From positions 587 to 64,586 of the forward strand of contig JAISKB010000005.1 of assembly GCA_031261085.1 (NCBI GenBank): DNA of 64,000 nucleotides, given 5' to 3'. The DNA is from Christensenellaceae bacterium. Its GTDB lineage: Bacteria > Bacillota > Clostridia > Christensenellales > CAG-138. Of the stretch, positions 1 through 8,890 are shown in pieces. A program made the translations under genes and the position numbers. The notes under the pieces are model-generated. The model saw only the letters and a list, made by a program, of their open reading frames with translations, made no database searches and was not told the DNA's origin. The number at the start of each line of letters is the position of its first letter. Position 1 is the stretch's first letter.

Positions 1-3000
1 TTGCTTATCGTTTGCGATGCGGTCGTAATGGCGCCCGTAGCTGTCGACGGGAGTGCGCTCATGGTATAGTTGCTCGCCAAAGCGCCCGAAAGCGTCCACC
101 CGGTTAAGTTGACGGGTTTACCCGTTCCCACAAATTTATCGGCATATGTACCCGTTGCGCTAAGCGTTGCCGAGCTGTCTGCCCCCACCAAGCCTGTCAC
201 GCTCGTGACGGAAACCGTTGCGTTCGTCGTGCCATCGTAGGGCTTGGTTATGGTTGCCAAGCTCGGGCTGGTCAGCAGCACCGGGGAAATCGTAAGCGCG
301 GCTGTTTTTGTTCCCACTGCGGTAGGGCTGTTATACGCGGCCGTGGCCGTATAAGTGCCCGCGTTGGTGGGCGCGGTGCTGCTTTGCGGGTAACTCGTGC
401 TGCCCGTGCCAACATAGCTATAGGTGAAGGAACCGCCTGTCAAATCGGTGCTGGTAGCCGTAAGCCCTTGCGGCGTTCCATCATATGTAACGGTCGAGGA
501 CCCGAATGTAATCGTGCTGTCTACATTCGTTTTACTGGCTGGCGCGGCCGTCGTAAATGTGTTTGTGGCGTCCGTGTCTATCGTGTTGCCCGCCGCATCC
601 TCAAAGCCGGATATCGTGACGGTGTAAGTCGTGCTGGCAGCCAATGTGCTCAGCGTGTAGGTTACCGTCTTGTTTTCGTTGCTCCAAACAGGGGTTGTGG
701 CTGTTACGCCACCAGAGAGGGTCACTGTGCCGGCTGTAGCGGTGTCCATCGCCTCGTCAAAGGTGATTGCAAGCGACGATGTGCTAATCGCCACGCCCGT
801 GCCGGAGGGAGTCACGCTCGCTACCGTCGGCTTCGTTGTGTCGGGTGCCGCGGCCGTTGCAAAGGTGTTTGTAGCGTCCGTGTCCATCGTGTTGCCCGCC
901 GCATCCTCAAAGTCGGATATCGTGACGGTGTAAGTCGTGCTGGCAGCCAATGTGCTCAGCGTGTAGGTCACCGTCTTATTTTCGTTGCTCCAAACAGGGG
1001 TTGTGGCTGTTACGCCGCCCGAGAGCGTCACTGTACCGGCTGTGGCGGTGTCCATCGCCTCGTTAAAGGTGATTGCAAGCGACGTTGTACTGATCGCCAC
1101 GCCCGTGCCGGTCGGGCTCACGCTCGCTACCGTCGGCTTCGTTGTGTCAGGCGCCGCGGCCGTCGTAAATGTGTTTGTGGCATCCTCGTCCATCTCATTG
1201 CCGGATATTGTCGCATCCTTAAAGCCGGATATCGTGACGGTGTAAGTCGTGCTGGCAGCCAATGTGCTCAGCGTGTAGGTCACCGTCTTGTTTTCGTTGC
1301 TCCAAACAGGGGTTGTGGCTGTTACGTCACCAGAGAGCGTCACTGTGCCGGCTGTGGCGGTGTCCATCTCCTTATCAAAGGTGATTGCGAGCGAAGCTGT
1401 GCCCACTGCCACGCCCGTGCCGGTCGGGCTCACGCTCGCTACCGTCGGCTTCGTTGTGTCGAGGTCCTCTACGTAGTGATAAATGGGCATGTTGCCGCCG
1501 CTGGCTATCGTGCCAAAATAGCCGCGCTGGTAGAGTGTGGAGAACATCGGCCCGTCGGCCCCGCTGTCGTACATGGGTTTTACATCCTGCTCGAGGAGGT
1601 AGGCGACAACCTGGCTGTTGAGCTGATTCATCGGTATTACATACACGCCCTCATCGAAGGTTTTCTCTGCCTTCTCCCTAAGGTCGGCATCGAGGATCGC
1701 TTCGGAGATGCCAGTAACACCAACGGTGACTGCGTAGAGCTGCCTTAGCTCGGCTGTGTAGCCCGGGTCCTTAAAGGCATACTCTATGCCGTGGGCGTCG
1801 AAAATTGCTTTTAAGGAGGTATGGCTTATTGTGTCTGGGCCTGCCGCTTCGACATAGGCTTTTTCCACAAAATAGGCGGTGGGCTTCACGCGGGTTTTGC
1901 TGGCCGTGATAGCGATGTTCGTGGTTTTGGTTTCGGGGCTTAGGCGCGTGCCGGCAAAGCCCAGCTGGGTGGCATCAGTGGTTTTTAAAAATACGGTGTT
2001 TCCAAGCCTCAGGGTAATGAGGTCGGTCGTATCGTAAATGGCGCCGTTGGAAACAAACCATGCCCTTCTGGCCGCGACCAGGGGAAGGAAGGTGTCCTTA
2101 TCGGCGATGGCTCCTTCAATAAGCCCCTTGGCGGAGGACACATGGGCGTGTACGCGCCTTGCATAGTAGTTTCTGCCCATAAACCCTTTCACTTCCATCA
2201 GGAAGGCCAAGCCGCCCTTTAGCCCGAAGAAGTTGGTGCCCATTGCGGGGTTGTGGAAGGGGGAATAGAAGGAGGAACGCACCCCGTTTGCTATGTTCCG
2301 ATCAATGGCGTATTCCGCCAAAGTGCGCCCGGCGGCTGCGACATCAGTGCCAGCGGCCATGACGGAGCTGCCCAATATCTGCACATCTTCTGGGAAAATC
2401 CCTCCGTAGAAGTAGTAGTCGCCATTATTCTCGTGGTGGTTTAGCTCGATTTCCGGCATAAACATATCATATATCTCGTGATAGCGCGCGACGCCCTCGG
2501 TTTGCAGCGCCAAATCGTCGCGGTCGCCATCGACATCGCCGTGGACCCTCATCGTGCGGGTGCTATCATACGCGCCATCGGCGTTTTTGCGGGGGTAGAC
2601 GATGATATTCAGGTCATCCTTAACGGTATTCCAATAAGAAGGGTTGCAAAGCTCGGTTATCATCGCAAGGCAGCCTTCTGTGGAGGAAGCCTCGCTGCCG
2701 TGCATCATGCCGCCCTCGAGCACCCGGAGCTTGGCGTTATCTTCCGCGTCAGCGCGGACGGCCGCTACCGCCTCTTCGAAGGACAAGCCGCTAAGGTCGA
2801 TAGTCGTGAATATCGCGGCATAGACCGGCAGGCTATACGCTGCGGATGTGCCCGTCTGGTAATAGTACATATGAGGGGTGTTGGTGCTCCATTCCTCTAA
2901 AAAGTCGCCGATTTCCACATCGGAAGTATACCTGTGCTTGCCGGTTACGCCATCCTCCAGAGGCCAGTTCACAAACGCGGGGGATGGGTAGCCCCCAACG

Positions 3001-6000
3001 GGATAATGCGGCAGGCCTTCCGTCTGCATAAACGCGTCTCCAAGTTCATCTGTGTAGATGATCTGGACGCTTGTCCTCGAGGCAGAGCCAAACAGCGAGG
3101 GGGCTGGCTGGTTGTGCCCATCGCTGGTTACAATGCCGGGGTGCGCGTCGATAACCAACTCGCCTGCGGCAATCGCGGCCGTACTCGTCAGCTTTTCTTC
3201 CGTGATGAGAACGTAAACATCGAGGTTATAGTATTTGCTGGGGGTAGCCGTAGTGTTTCGGATGGCATACTTATACAGCCCCGGCGTTGGGGAGTTGGCG
3301 GTGGTGGTAGTGGGCGAAAGGTCATAAGTGCCATCGGGATTGGGCTCCACATAGGTATAGGCAATGGGGTTCCCATTATATATATCGGTGATGGTTCCGC
3401 TAGACATCAGCGGGGTAATGTTAAGTGGTATCTTGTGGGCGTTGTTAGAGGTCGTCCAGGGCTGGGCAGGCCCGTGCCCCTCGTAAAGCGCAAAGCGGGT
3501 ATCCGCCGGGTATACGAACCGTACGGGAATCGACTTAAGCGTTATCTTAAAGGTGGCCGTACGCCCGGAATTTACGGGGTCGGTCACCGTGACCGTTTGC
3601 TCGGTAAGGAGCATATTGTTGAACCCGGTGAGCATAGCCGCCGTGACCGGCAAATCCACCCGCGGGCTTCCATCGATAAAGGTCGTCCGCAGCTTTGTAT
3701 TCGTCAAATCCAGCGGCTGGCCGATGCGGCCTGTCGTCGGCGCCCATATCACGGTGGTAAAATCCTCATTCGCAATCGTCACTTCGATGACGCCGGAATC
3801 GATGGACTCTCTGCCGATATCCGCAAGCCCGGCCGCTTCCCAGTCGTTCGCCGTAAGGGTGAATTGCAGGCCCACTGTTTCGTTGCCGCTCGGCACCAAA
3901 TCCGCAATATCATCAACGGGCCTGAACTGGATGAAGTACGCCTTGCTGCCGGATGGCACATAATCCCGCTCCACAAAGCCATCGAATATAAGACGATTGC
4001 CGCCCCCCGTAACCGTGACATCATACAGGCTCGCTAAATCGAGCGCAGCGCCGGGGTTTGCGATATCCAGCCGGATGAGCAGCTTTTCCGCATCGCCCGC
4101 AAAGAGTGTCGAGCCATCTGTCTCCGCGGCCACGGCAAGGCCTGTTTCATCCAGCGGGTCATAATCCTCGTATTTGGCGGTGAGCACAGAGCCAGCCGCA
4201 TCTTCTGCGGTGCGCGTCGGCGCGACGAGGTTTTGAGAGTCAGGTGTCGCAGGGCCGACCATCTGCCGCTTGTCGGTCAGAGCCTCGGTCCAATCTGCGC
4301 CATCCGGGGCATAGCGGCTGGAAAGCAGCCGGGCGCCGATGGAGGTAATCTGCGGGATTTTGTTGCCCGAGTTCTCCAGCGTGAAGTGCAGCGGCACATG
4401 CATCTTCATCGTGGGCATGGTATTGCCGACGGCCGCGACAGTAAAGCCATACTGCTGGTAGGAGTGAATGAGGATATCGCCAAAGGCCGTGCCTTCGGGC
4501 GCGCCCGTTTTTGTGGTAATCTTCAGGGCGGGATAGGAGCCTGCGGGCGGAACCGCAAATTCGACGCTCTTGATCCACTCTTGCCCCGCGATGATTTCCA
4601 GCGCGAAGGATGCTTTTACCCTATCGAGGGGTACTGCACCCGCGGGCAGGCCAGCACCGTCTACACCGTTTCTGTTGAATAGCGGGATATAAATTTCATC
4701 TCCCGCGTCAAAGCTGGTAACGACCGACCCTGCACCGTTTTTGAAGCCCCCGTATACGGCATCGTTCAGAATCGACTCATATTCCTCCGGCACGCTCGTT
4801 TTCAGTGGCGTATAGGCCAAATCTCCCGTGGCAGTCGCATCGTATCGGTTCGTGATGACACGTGTTGACGCCCCGCTTGTCACGAGCGTGTTGAGCGCCC
4901 AGCGCAGGTTGTTTTCCATGATAGCTGCCGCCGAAGTAAAGGTGCGGCCGGTATCCGGCGCAGCCATTGGCTCGCCCCCCGCGCTCTCAAAGCCGGAAAT
5001 CGTGGCGGTATAGGTGCTGCTCGGTATAAGATTGACCAGTGGGTATGTGACAGTCTTACCGCCGTTGCTCCACACAGGCGTGCCCAAAATCGGGCTGCCA
5101 TTGCCATCCAATGTTACAGTGCCTGCTATGGCCGGGTTCATCACCTCGCTGAAGGTGATGGCCAGCGAACGCCACCCGGCAGGGAAACTAGCGGAGCTGT
5201 TGGTGAAATCTACGCCCGTGACGATGTATTGTATGCCCGCGATGATTGGGCCCGCCGTAGAATTGACGATAGTCACCGGGACCGCGCCGGAAGCGATGGA
5301 TCCCCTGCCGATATCCGTCAGCCCGGCCAACTCCGGGTTTTTCACCGTAACGGTGAACTTCAGATTAACTGTTTCGCTTTCGCTCACCAGCGATTCAATG
5401 CCGCTAACGGGTTTGAACTGGAGGAAATACGCTGGGCTGCCAGCCGTTATATAATCCCGCTCAACAAAGCCCTCAAATTCAAGATAGGTGCCGCCTGCGG
5501 TAACCGCGACATCATACAGGCTCGCCAAATTGTTGGCGGAGGAAATCGCGCCGCCTGCATCTGTAATGTCCAGCCGAACGAGCACTTTTTCGCTCACATC
5601 GATGGCCGAGCTGCTTGCCTCCGCGGCCACGAGAAGGCTTGCTTCTGTCGCCAGTGCGTCATAATCCTCATATGTGGCGGTGAGCACAGGGCCAGCCGCA
5701 TCGGCTGCGGTGCGCGTCTGCGCGGCGTTGCCGCCAAGAACAGGTCCAACCATCTGCCGCTTATCGGTCAGTGCCTCGGTCCAATCTGCGCCATCCGGGG
5801 CATAGCGGCTGGAAAGCAGCCGGTTGCCGATGGACGTGATCTGCGGTATTTGCTTGAGTGGATTCGTCAACGTGAAGTGCAACGGTACGTGCATCTTCAT
5901 AGTGGGCATATCGCCGACTGCCGCATTCGTAAACCCATTCTGCTGATAAGAGTGGATGAGAATATCACCAAAGGCCGTGCCTGCGGGCGCGAGCGCGTTT

Positions 6001-7046
6001 GTGGTAATCTTTAGAAAGTAGTCCGTAGACGTGGTTACAAATTCGACGTTCTCGATCCAATCTTGGCCCGCGACGGTTTCCAAGGCGAAGGATGCGTATA
6101 GCCGAGAGAGGGCTGTCATACCCGCGGGCCACCCCCCGGGCACGGTCGGAGTGGCGAGCACAGAGTTTCTGGTGAACAATTGGATGTAAATATCGTCTCC
6201 TGTGACAAAGCTTGTTACGACCGACTCTGCACCGTTTTTGAAGCCCCCATGGACAGCGTCGTTCAGAATCGACTCGTATTCCGCCGACACGCTCGTTTTC
6301 AGCTCCGTATAAGCAAAAGCTCCCGCTGCAACCACGTTGTACTTGTTCGTGCTGATGCGGTTTATCAGCGCTCCATTATTACTTGTATTATTCACGAGCG
6401 CTTGAATCGCCCATCGTAAGTTGCCGTCCATAACAGGTGCCGCCTGAGTAAATGTGCGGCCTGTATCCTCCACCATTGTTTCGCCGTCTTCATCCACAAA
6501 GCCGGAAATCGTGACGGTATAGGTGGCGCCTGGTATAAGGTTGGTGAGCAGGTATGTGACCGTCTTGTTGCCATTGCTCCACTGCGGTTCGCCCAAAATC
6601 GGGCTACCCCTGCCATCTAAAGTTACACTGCCCAATATGGCCGTGTTCATATCCTCACTGAAGGTGATGACCAGCGAGCGCCACCCAGCAGGGAAACTGG
6701 TTTGGCTGAGGCCGCCGGTGTCTATAGCCGTGACGACGTATTGCATAGTCGCAACGGTTGGCAACGCCCCCATGATGCCAAAGAGGGATATTCCCGTGGG
6801 GGCGATGGGCAAGCCGCTATCAGGCCCCTCCTCGGGCGTCTGCTCCTCGCCGGGCGTTTGTTCCTCGCCGGGGGTCTGTTCCTCGCCGGGAGTTTGCTCC
6901 TCGCCGGGGGCCTGCTCCTCTTCGGGAGTGTTGACCGCCGTCGTAAGCGAGTCGTCATCATTTGGCACCGCAGTAGACGCCAAAGCTGTGCTCACCAAGC
7001 TTAACACCATAATGCAAGCTAACAATAACCCCAAAAATTTCTTCAT
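1..7046 (-). CDS. Giant secreted/cell-surface multidomain protein. The 5' end is complete and the 3' end runs off the window start (>2,348 codons). Order N to C: signal peptide, PGEEQT linker repeats, two duplicated ~500-aa modules, an M14-like zinc carboxypeptidase-type domain, three Big_5/SbsA-type Ig-like repeats, YDG/MBG-type repeats.
   Basis: Hand translation of the minus strand. ATG at 7046 with GGAGGG at 7056-7061. N-terminus MKKFLGLLLLACIMVLSLVSTALA. The same frame is still open at base 2 (..ITKPYDGTTNATVSVTSVTG..NYTMSALPSTATGAITTASQTIS). It is missing from the track only because it has no in-window stop. Motifs read directly: LEGGMMHGSE (2691-2720), YPRKNADG, ELNHHENNG (~2425), AFLMEVKG (~2190). 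These give the HxxE/H/E pattern of M14-type peptidases. KPTVASVSPTGTGVA..TVTLSG..WSNENKTVTYTL..TYTVTISGF occurs three times. Confidence 0.85.
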   Translation of the reverse strand, partial: MKKFLGLLLACIMVLSLVSTALASTAVPNDDDSLTTAVNTPEEEQAPGEEQTPGEEQTPGEEQTPGEEQTPEEGPDSGLPIAPTGISLFGIMGALPTVATMQYVVTAIDTGGLSQTSFPAGWRSLVITFSEDMNTAILGSVTLDGRGSPILGEPQWSNGNKTVTYLLTNLIPGATYTVTISGFVDEDGETMVEDTGRTFTQAAPVMDGNLRWAIQALVNNTSNNGALINRISTNKYNVVAAGAFAYTELKTSVSAEYESILNDAVHGGFKNGAESVVTSFVTGDDIYIQLFTRNSVLATPTVPGGWPAGMTALSRLYASFALETVAGQDWIENVEFVTTSTDYFLKITTNALAPAGTAFGDILIHSYQQNGFTNAAVGDMPTMKMHVPLHFTLTNPLKQIPQITSIGNRLLSSRYAPDGADWTEALTDKRQMVGPVLGGNAAQTRTAADAAGPVLTATYEDYDALATEASLLVAAEASSSAIDVSEKVLVRLDITDAGGAISSANNLASLYDVAVTAGGTYLEFEGFVERDYITAGSPAYFLQFKPVSGIESLVSESETVNLKFTVTVKNPELAGLTDIGRGSIASGAVPVTIVNSTAGPIIAGIQYIVTGVDFTNSSASFPAGWRSLAITFSEVMNPAIAGTVTLDGNGSPILGTPVWSNGGKTVTYPLVNLIPSSTYTATISGFESAGGEPMAAPDTGRTFTSAAAIMENNLRWALNTLVTSGASTRVITNRYDATATGDLAYTPLKTSVPEEYESILNDAVYGGFKNGAGSVVTSFDAGDEIYIPLFNRNGVDGAGLPAGAVPLDRVKASFALEIIAGQEWIKSVEFAVPPAGSYPALKITTKTGAPEGTAFGDILIHSYQQYGFTVAAVGNTMPTMKMHVPLHFTLENSGNKIPQITSIGARLLSSRYAPDGADWTEALTDKRQMVGPATPDSQNLVAPTRTAEDAAGSVLTAKYEDYDPLDETGLAVAAETDGSTLFAGDAEKLLIRLDIANPGAALDLASLYDVTVTGGGNRLIFDGFVERDYVPSGSKAYFIQFRPVDDIADLVPSGNETVGLQFTLTANDWEAAGLADIGRESIDSGVIEVTIANEDFTTVIWAPTTGRIGQPLDLTNTKLRTTFIDGSPRVDLPVTAAMLTGFNNMLLTEQTVTVTDPVNSGRTATFKITLKSIPVRFVYPADTRFALYEGHGPAQPWTTSNNAHKIPLNITPLMSSGTITDIYNGNPIAYTYVEPNPDGTYDLSPTTTTANSPTPGLYKYAIRNTTATPSKYYNLDVYVLITEEKLTSTAAIAAGELVIDAHPGIVTSDGHNQPAPSLFGSASRTSVQIIYTDELGDAFMQTEGLPHYPVGGYPSPAFVNWPLEDGVTGKHRYTSDVEIGDFLEEWSTNTPHMYYYQTGTSAAYSLPVYAAIFTTIDLSGLSFEEAVAAVRADAEDNAKLRVLEGGMMHGSEASSTEGCLAMITELCNPSYWNTVKDDLNIIVYPRKNADGAYDSTRTMRVHGDVDGDRDDLALQTEGVARYHEIYDMFMPEIELNHHENNGDYYFYGGIFPEDVQILGSSVMAAGTDVAAAGRTLAEYAIDRNIANGVRSSFYSPFHNPAMGTNFFGLKGGLAFLMEVKGFMGRNYYARRVHAHVSSAKGLIEGAIADKDTFLPLVAARRAWFVSNGAIYDTTDLITLRLGNTVFLKTTDATQLGFAGTRLSPETKTTNIAITASKTRVKPTAYFVEKAYVEAAGPDTISHTSLKAIFDAHGIEYAFKDPGYTAELRQLYAVTVGVTGISEAILDADLREKAEKTFDEGVYVIPMNQLNSQVVAYLLEQDVKPMYDSGADGPMFSTLYQRGYFGTIASGGNMPIYHYVEDLDTTKPTVASVSPTGTGVAVGTASLAITFDKEMDTATAGTVTLSGDVTATTPVWSNENKTVTYTLSTLAASTTYTVTISGFKDATISGNEMDEDATNTFTTAAAPDTTKPTVASVSPTGTGVAISTTSLAITFNEAMDTATAGTVTLSGGVTATTPVWSNENKTVTYTLSTLAASTTYTVTISDFEDAAGNTMDTDATNTFATAAAPDTTKPTVASVTPSGTGVAISTSSLAITFDEAMDTATAGTVTLSGGVTATTPVWSNENKTVTYTLSTLAASTTYTVTISGFEDAAGNTIDTDATNTFTTAAPASKTNVDSTITFGSSTVTYDGTPQGLTATSTDLTGGSFTYSYVGTGSTSYPQSSTAPTNAGTYTATAAYNSPTAVGTKTAALTISPVLLTSPSLATITKPYDGTTNATVSVTSVTGLVGADSSATLSATGTYADKFVGTGKPVNLTGWTLSGALASNYTMSALPSTATGAITTASQTIS
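545..1460. repeat. Three tandem near-identical 306/312-bp intragenic repeats, each encoding one Ig-like (Big_5-type) domain
   Basis: The marker GGTGTAAGTC recurs at 621, 927 and 1239. A 42-nt run (GGTGTAAGTCGTGCTGGCAGCCAATGTGCTCAGCGTGTAGGT) and TTTTCGTTGCTCCAAACAGGGGTTGTGGCTGTTACG are identical in all three copies. Confidence 0.9.
3780..6715. repeat. Diverged tandem duplication of a ~1.5-kb intragenic module (two copies, boundary near 5215)
   Basis: Encoded segments align along their length, e.g. SFPAGWRSL(V/A)ITFSE.M..TVTLDG.GSPILG.P.WSNG.KTVTY and RLLSSRYAPDGADWTEALTDKRQMVGP. The antisense track peptides starting at 5014 and 6523 align (offset 1509). HLPL(V/I)GQ lies at 4260 vs 5751 (offset 1491). 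Confidence 0.8.
6829..6925. repeat. 18-bp tandem repeat, ~5 units, encoding the (P)GEEQT(P) linker after the signal peptide
   Basis: CTCGCCGGGnGTyTGyTC units seen directly. Minus-strand translation is EEQAPGEEQTPGEEQTPGEEQTPGEEQTPEEG. Confidence 0.85.
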
Positions 7047-7172
7047 TTGTGCGCACCCTCCATATAATAAACATATAAACATAATTTCAAAAAAGGACGC
7101 TTCTTTTACACAAAAAACGCCCTGTTTATCCTATATTCCGTTTTAATGGAACCACAAATAGACGCAGCTAGC

Positions 7173-7243
<71 letters not shown>

Positions 7244-7244
7244 G

Positions 7245-7273
7245 ATTGTGGTGGGTGCAATCATGTTTGTCAA
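7245..7273 (-). promoter_or_regulatory. Candidate sigma-A-type promoter for the surface-protein gene (TTGACA-17-CACAAT)
   Basis: Minus strand: TTGACA at 7273..7268, exact 17-nt spacer, CACAAT at 7250..7245. This would place the transcription start inside or at the edge of the (AGAC)n tract. The -10 is weak. Confidence 0.3.
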
Positions 7274-7575
7274 CCCCTTGCTACAATTCGCTTCTTAATG
7301 ATAATGACTATGTACCATTACATGAATACGCCAACAAGAAAACCGAGGGAAGAACTGCCGCAGGGCATGTCGCTAGTATCGCCCTATTTATACTTTCGTT
7401 GCTACTACTTTATAACGCGCAAGGGGTAAATTCAATTTTAGTTCTTATTTATCTTATTTACTTCGCTTCCTTTTCTCTTTTCGGCTCCTTCTCTCTTTTC
7501 TTGATTCCTGCATACCACGCTCGATTTGGCCGTTCCCGCTCACTGTGAAAAGCTTGGCAACGCGCGCGGTTTTTA

Positions 7576-7607
7576 TTGACAACCGTTCCGCACTCTGCCA
7601 TTATAAT
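7576..7607 (+). promoter_or_regulatory. Candidate promoter for the GT28 glycosyltransferase gene
   Basis: TTGACA at 7576-7581, then CATTAT after 17 nt, or TATAAT (7602-7607) after 20 nt. The -10 choice is ambiguous. Confidence 0.3.
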
Positions 7608-7774
7608 AAATATTCGCCTATATTTGGAACGTTTTGTTGCATTTGCGGGTTTATATAGCGAAAATGCTGATTTATGCAGCCGCAATGGCGGCAATCCAAA
7701 TGTTTTTTTATACAGGATTGCGGCGCGGGTATCAGCGATAATCCTGGCAAAGGGTTAAAGAAAGAGGAACTCCT

Positions 7775-8875
7775 ATGAGGGTATTGATACTATCGATAAC
7801 CACCGGTTACGGGCACCATGCCACGGCAAAGGCGATGGCGGATGAACTGACAGCCCGCGGCGCGGAGGTCGCCGTTGTGGACCTGTTGGAATACACGAGC
7901 AAGTTGCTGTTCGACACGGTGGATAAGGGGTATCTTTTTTCCACAAAATACGCCTCCATGTTCTACCGGCGCGCCTATGACGCGCTGGATGAGAACAGCC
8001 ACAAATCCCTCATAACCGCGTTCAGCGATGTGATTTTGCGGCGGTTCGCCAAGTTTTTCAACGGCTTCACTCCCGATGCCATCGTCTGCACACACCCCTT
8101 TGCCGCCATGGCGGTGAATGAGCTGAAGCAATCGGGGCAGCTAAATGTCCCCGTAATCGGCATAGTGACCGACTACACCATACACCCCTTCTGGGGCGAT
8201 ATGCCCATGGTGGAGTATATGGTCGTAGCCAGCGATTTGCTTACATATTTGGCGGAGAAGAAAGGCATAGACAGGTCGCGCGTTTTGCCCTTTGGCATCC
8301 CCATAAGCCCCAAATTCACCAAAAGCATTGCGGCGCAGGAGGCGCGGCGCGAATTGGGCCTGGACGCCCAACGAAGAACCCTTTTGGTTATGAGCGGGAG
8401 TATGGGGTATGGCAATGTGGTTCAACTGATTTCGCGTATAGACGCTGTCGCTTCGGATTTGCAAATCGTGTGCGTTTGCGGCAGGAACGACAAGCTCCAA
8501 GCCAAGCTCAGCCGGCTGCAAACCACAAATCCAATAAAGATATATGGTTTTATAGATAATATCGACCTATATATGGATGCCGCCGACTGCATCATCACCA
8601 AGCCCGGCGGCTTAACCATCACCGAAGCCATGGCAAAAAAGCTGCCCATGATACTGGTCAACCCCATACCCGGGCAGGAGGAACGCAATTCCGATTTTTT
8701 GCTGAACAACGGCGCGGCGATAAAGGTTTCCAAAACCTTTTCCATAGAGGAGTCCATGTACTTCCTGTTTTCAAATTTGGAACGGCCCGAGCTTATGCGC
8801 AAATCCATCGCGCTCATCGCGCGATCCAACGCCACAACAAGGTTATGCGATTTCATAATGGAACTGGGAACGTAA
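7775..8875 (+). CDS. MGDG-synthase/UgtP-family (GT28) diacylglycerol glycosyltransferase
   Basis: SD AAAGAGGAA upstream of the ATG. N-terminal RVLILSITTGYGHHATAKA and C-terminal ITKPGGLTITEAMAKKLPMILVNPIPGQEERN match the pattern I remember from B. subtilis UgtP (..NYGNGH.., ..ITKPGGITLTEA..PGQEKEN). Confidence 0.85.
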   Translation: MRVLILSITTGYGHHATAKAMADELTARGAEVAVVDLLEYTSKLLFDTVDKGYLFSTKYASMFYRRAYDALDENSHKSLITAFSDVILRRFAKFFNGFTPDAIVCTHPFAAMAVNELKQSGQLNVPVIGIVTDYTIHPFWGDMPMVEYMVVASDLLTYLAEKKGIDRSRVLPFGIPISPKFTKSIAAQEARRELGLDAQRRTLLVMSGSMGYGNVVQLISRIDAVASDLQIVCVCGRNDKLQAKLSRLQTTNPIKIYGFIDNIDLYMDAADCIITKPGGLTITEAMAKKLPMILVNPIPGQEERNSDFLLNNGAAIKVSKTFSIEESMYFLFSNLERPELMRKSIALIARSNATTRLCDFIMELGT

Positions 8876-8890
8876 CGCAGTGCGGTGTGG

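Noticed and set aside
384-7146. Series of plus-strand ORFs (384..1748, 2478..2900, 2934..4037, 4233..4682, 5229..6014, 6523..7146)
   Set aside because: All lie antisense to the continuous minus-strand surface-protein frame. Their Arg/Cys/Gly-rich repetitive products simply mirror the Ig-domain repeats.
7246-7548. 100-aa plus-strand ORF starting (TTG) right after the microsatellite
   Set aside because: It has no SD. The AT-rich sequence gives an F/L/I/Y/S-rich product typical of noncoding DNA, and it ends inside promoter-like sequence for the glycosyltransferase gene.
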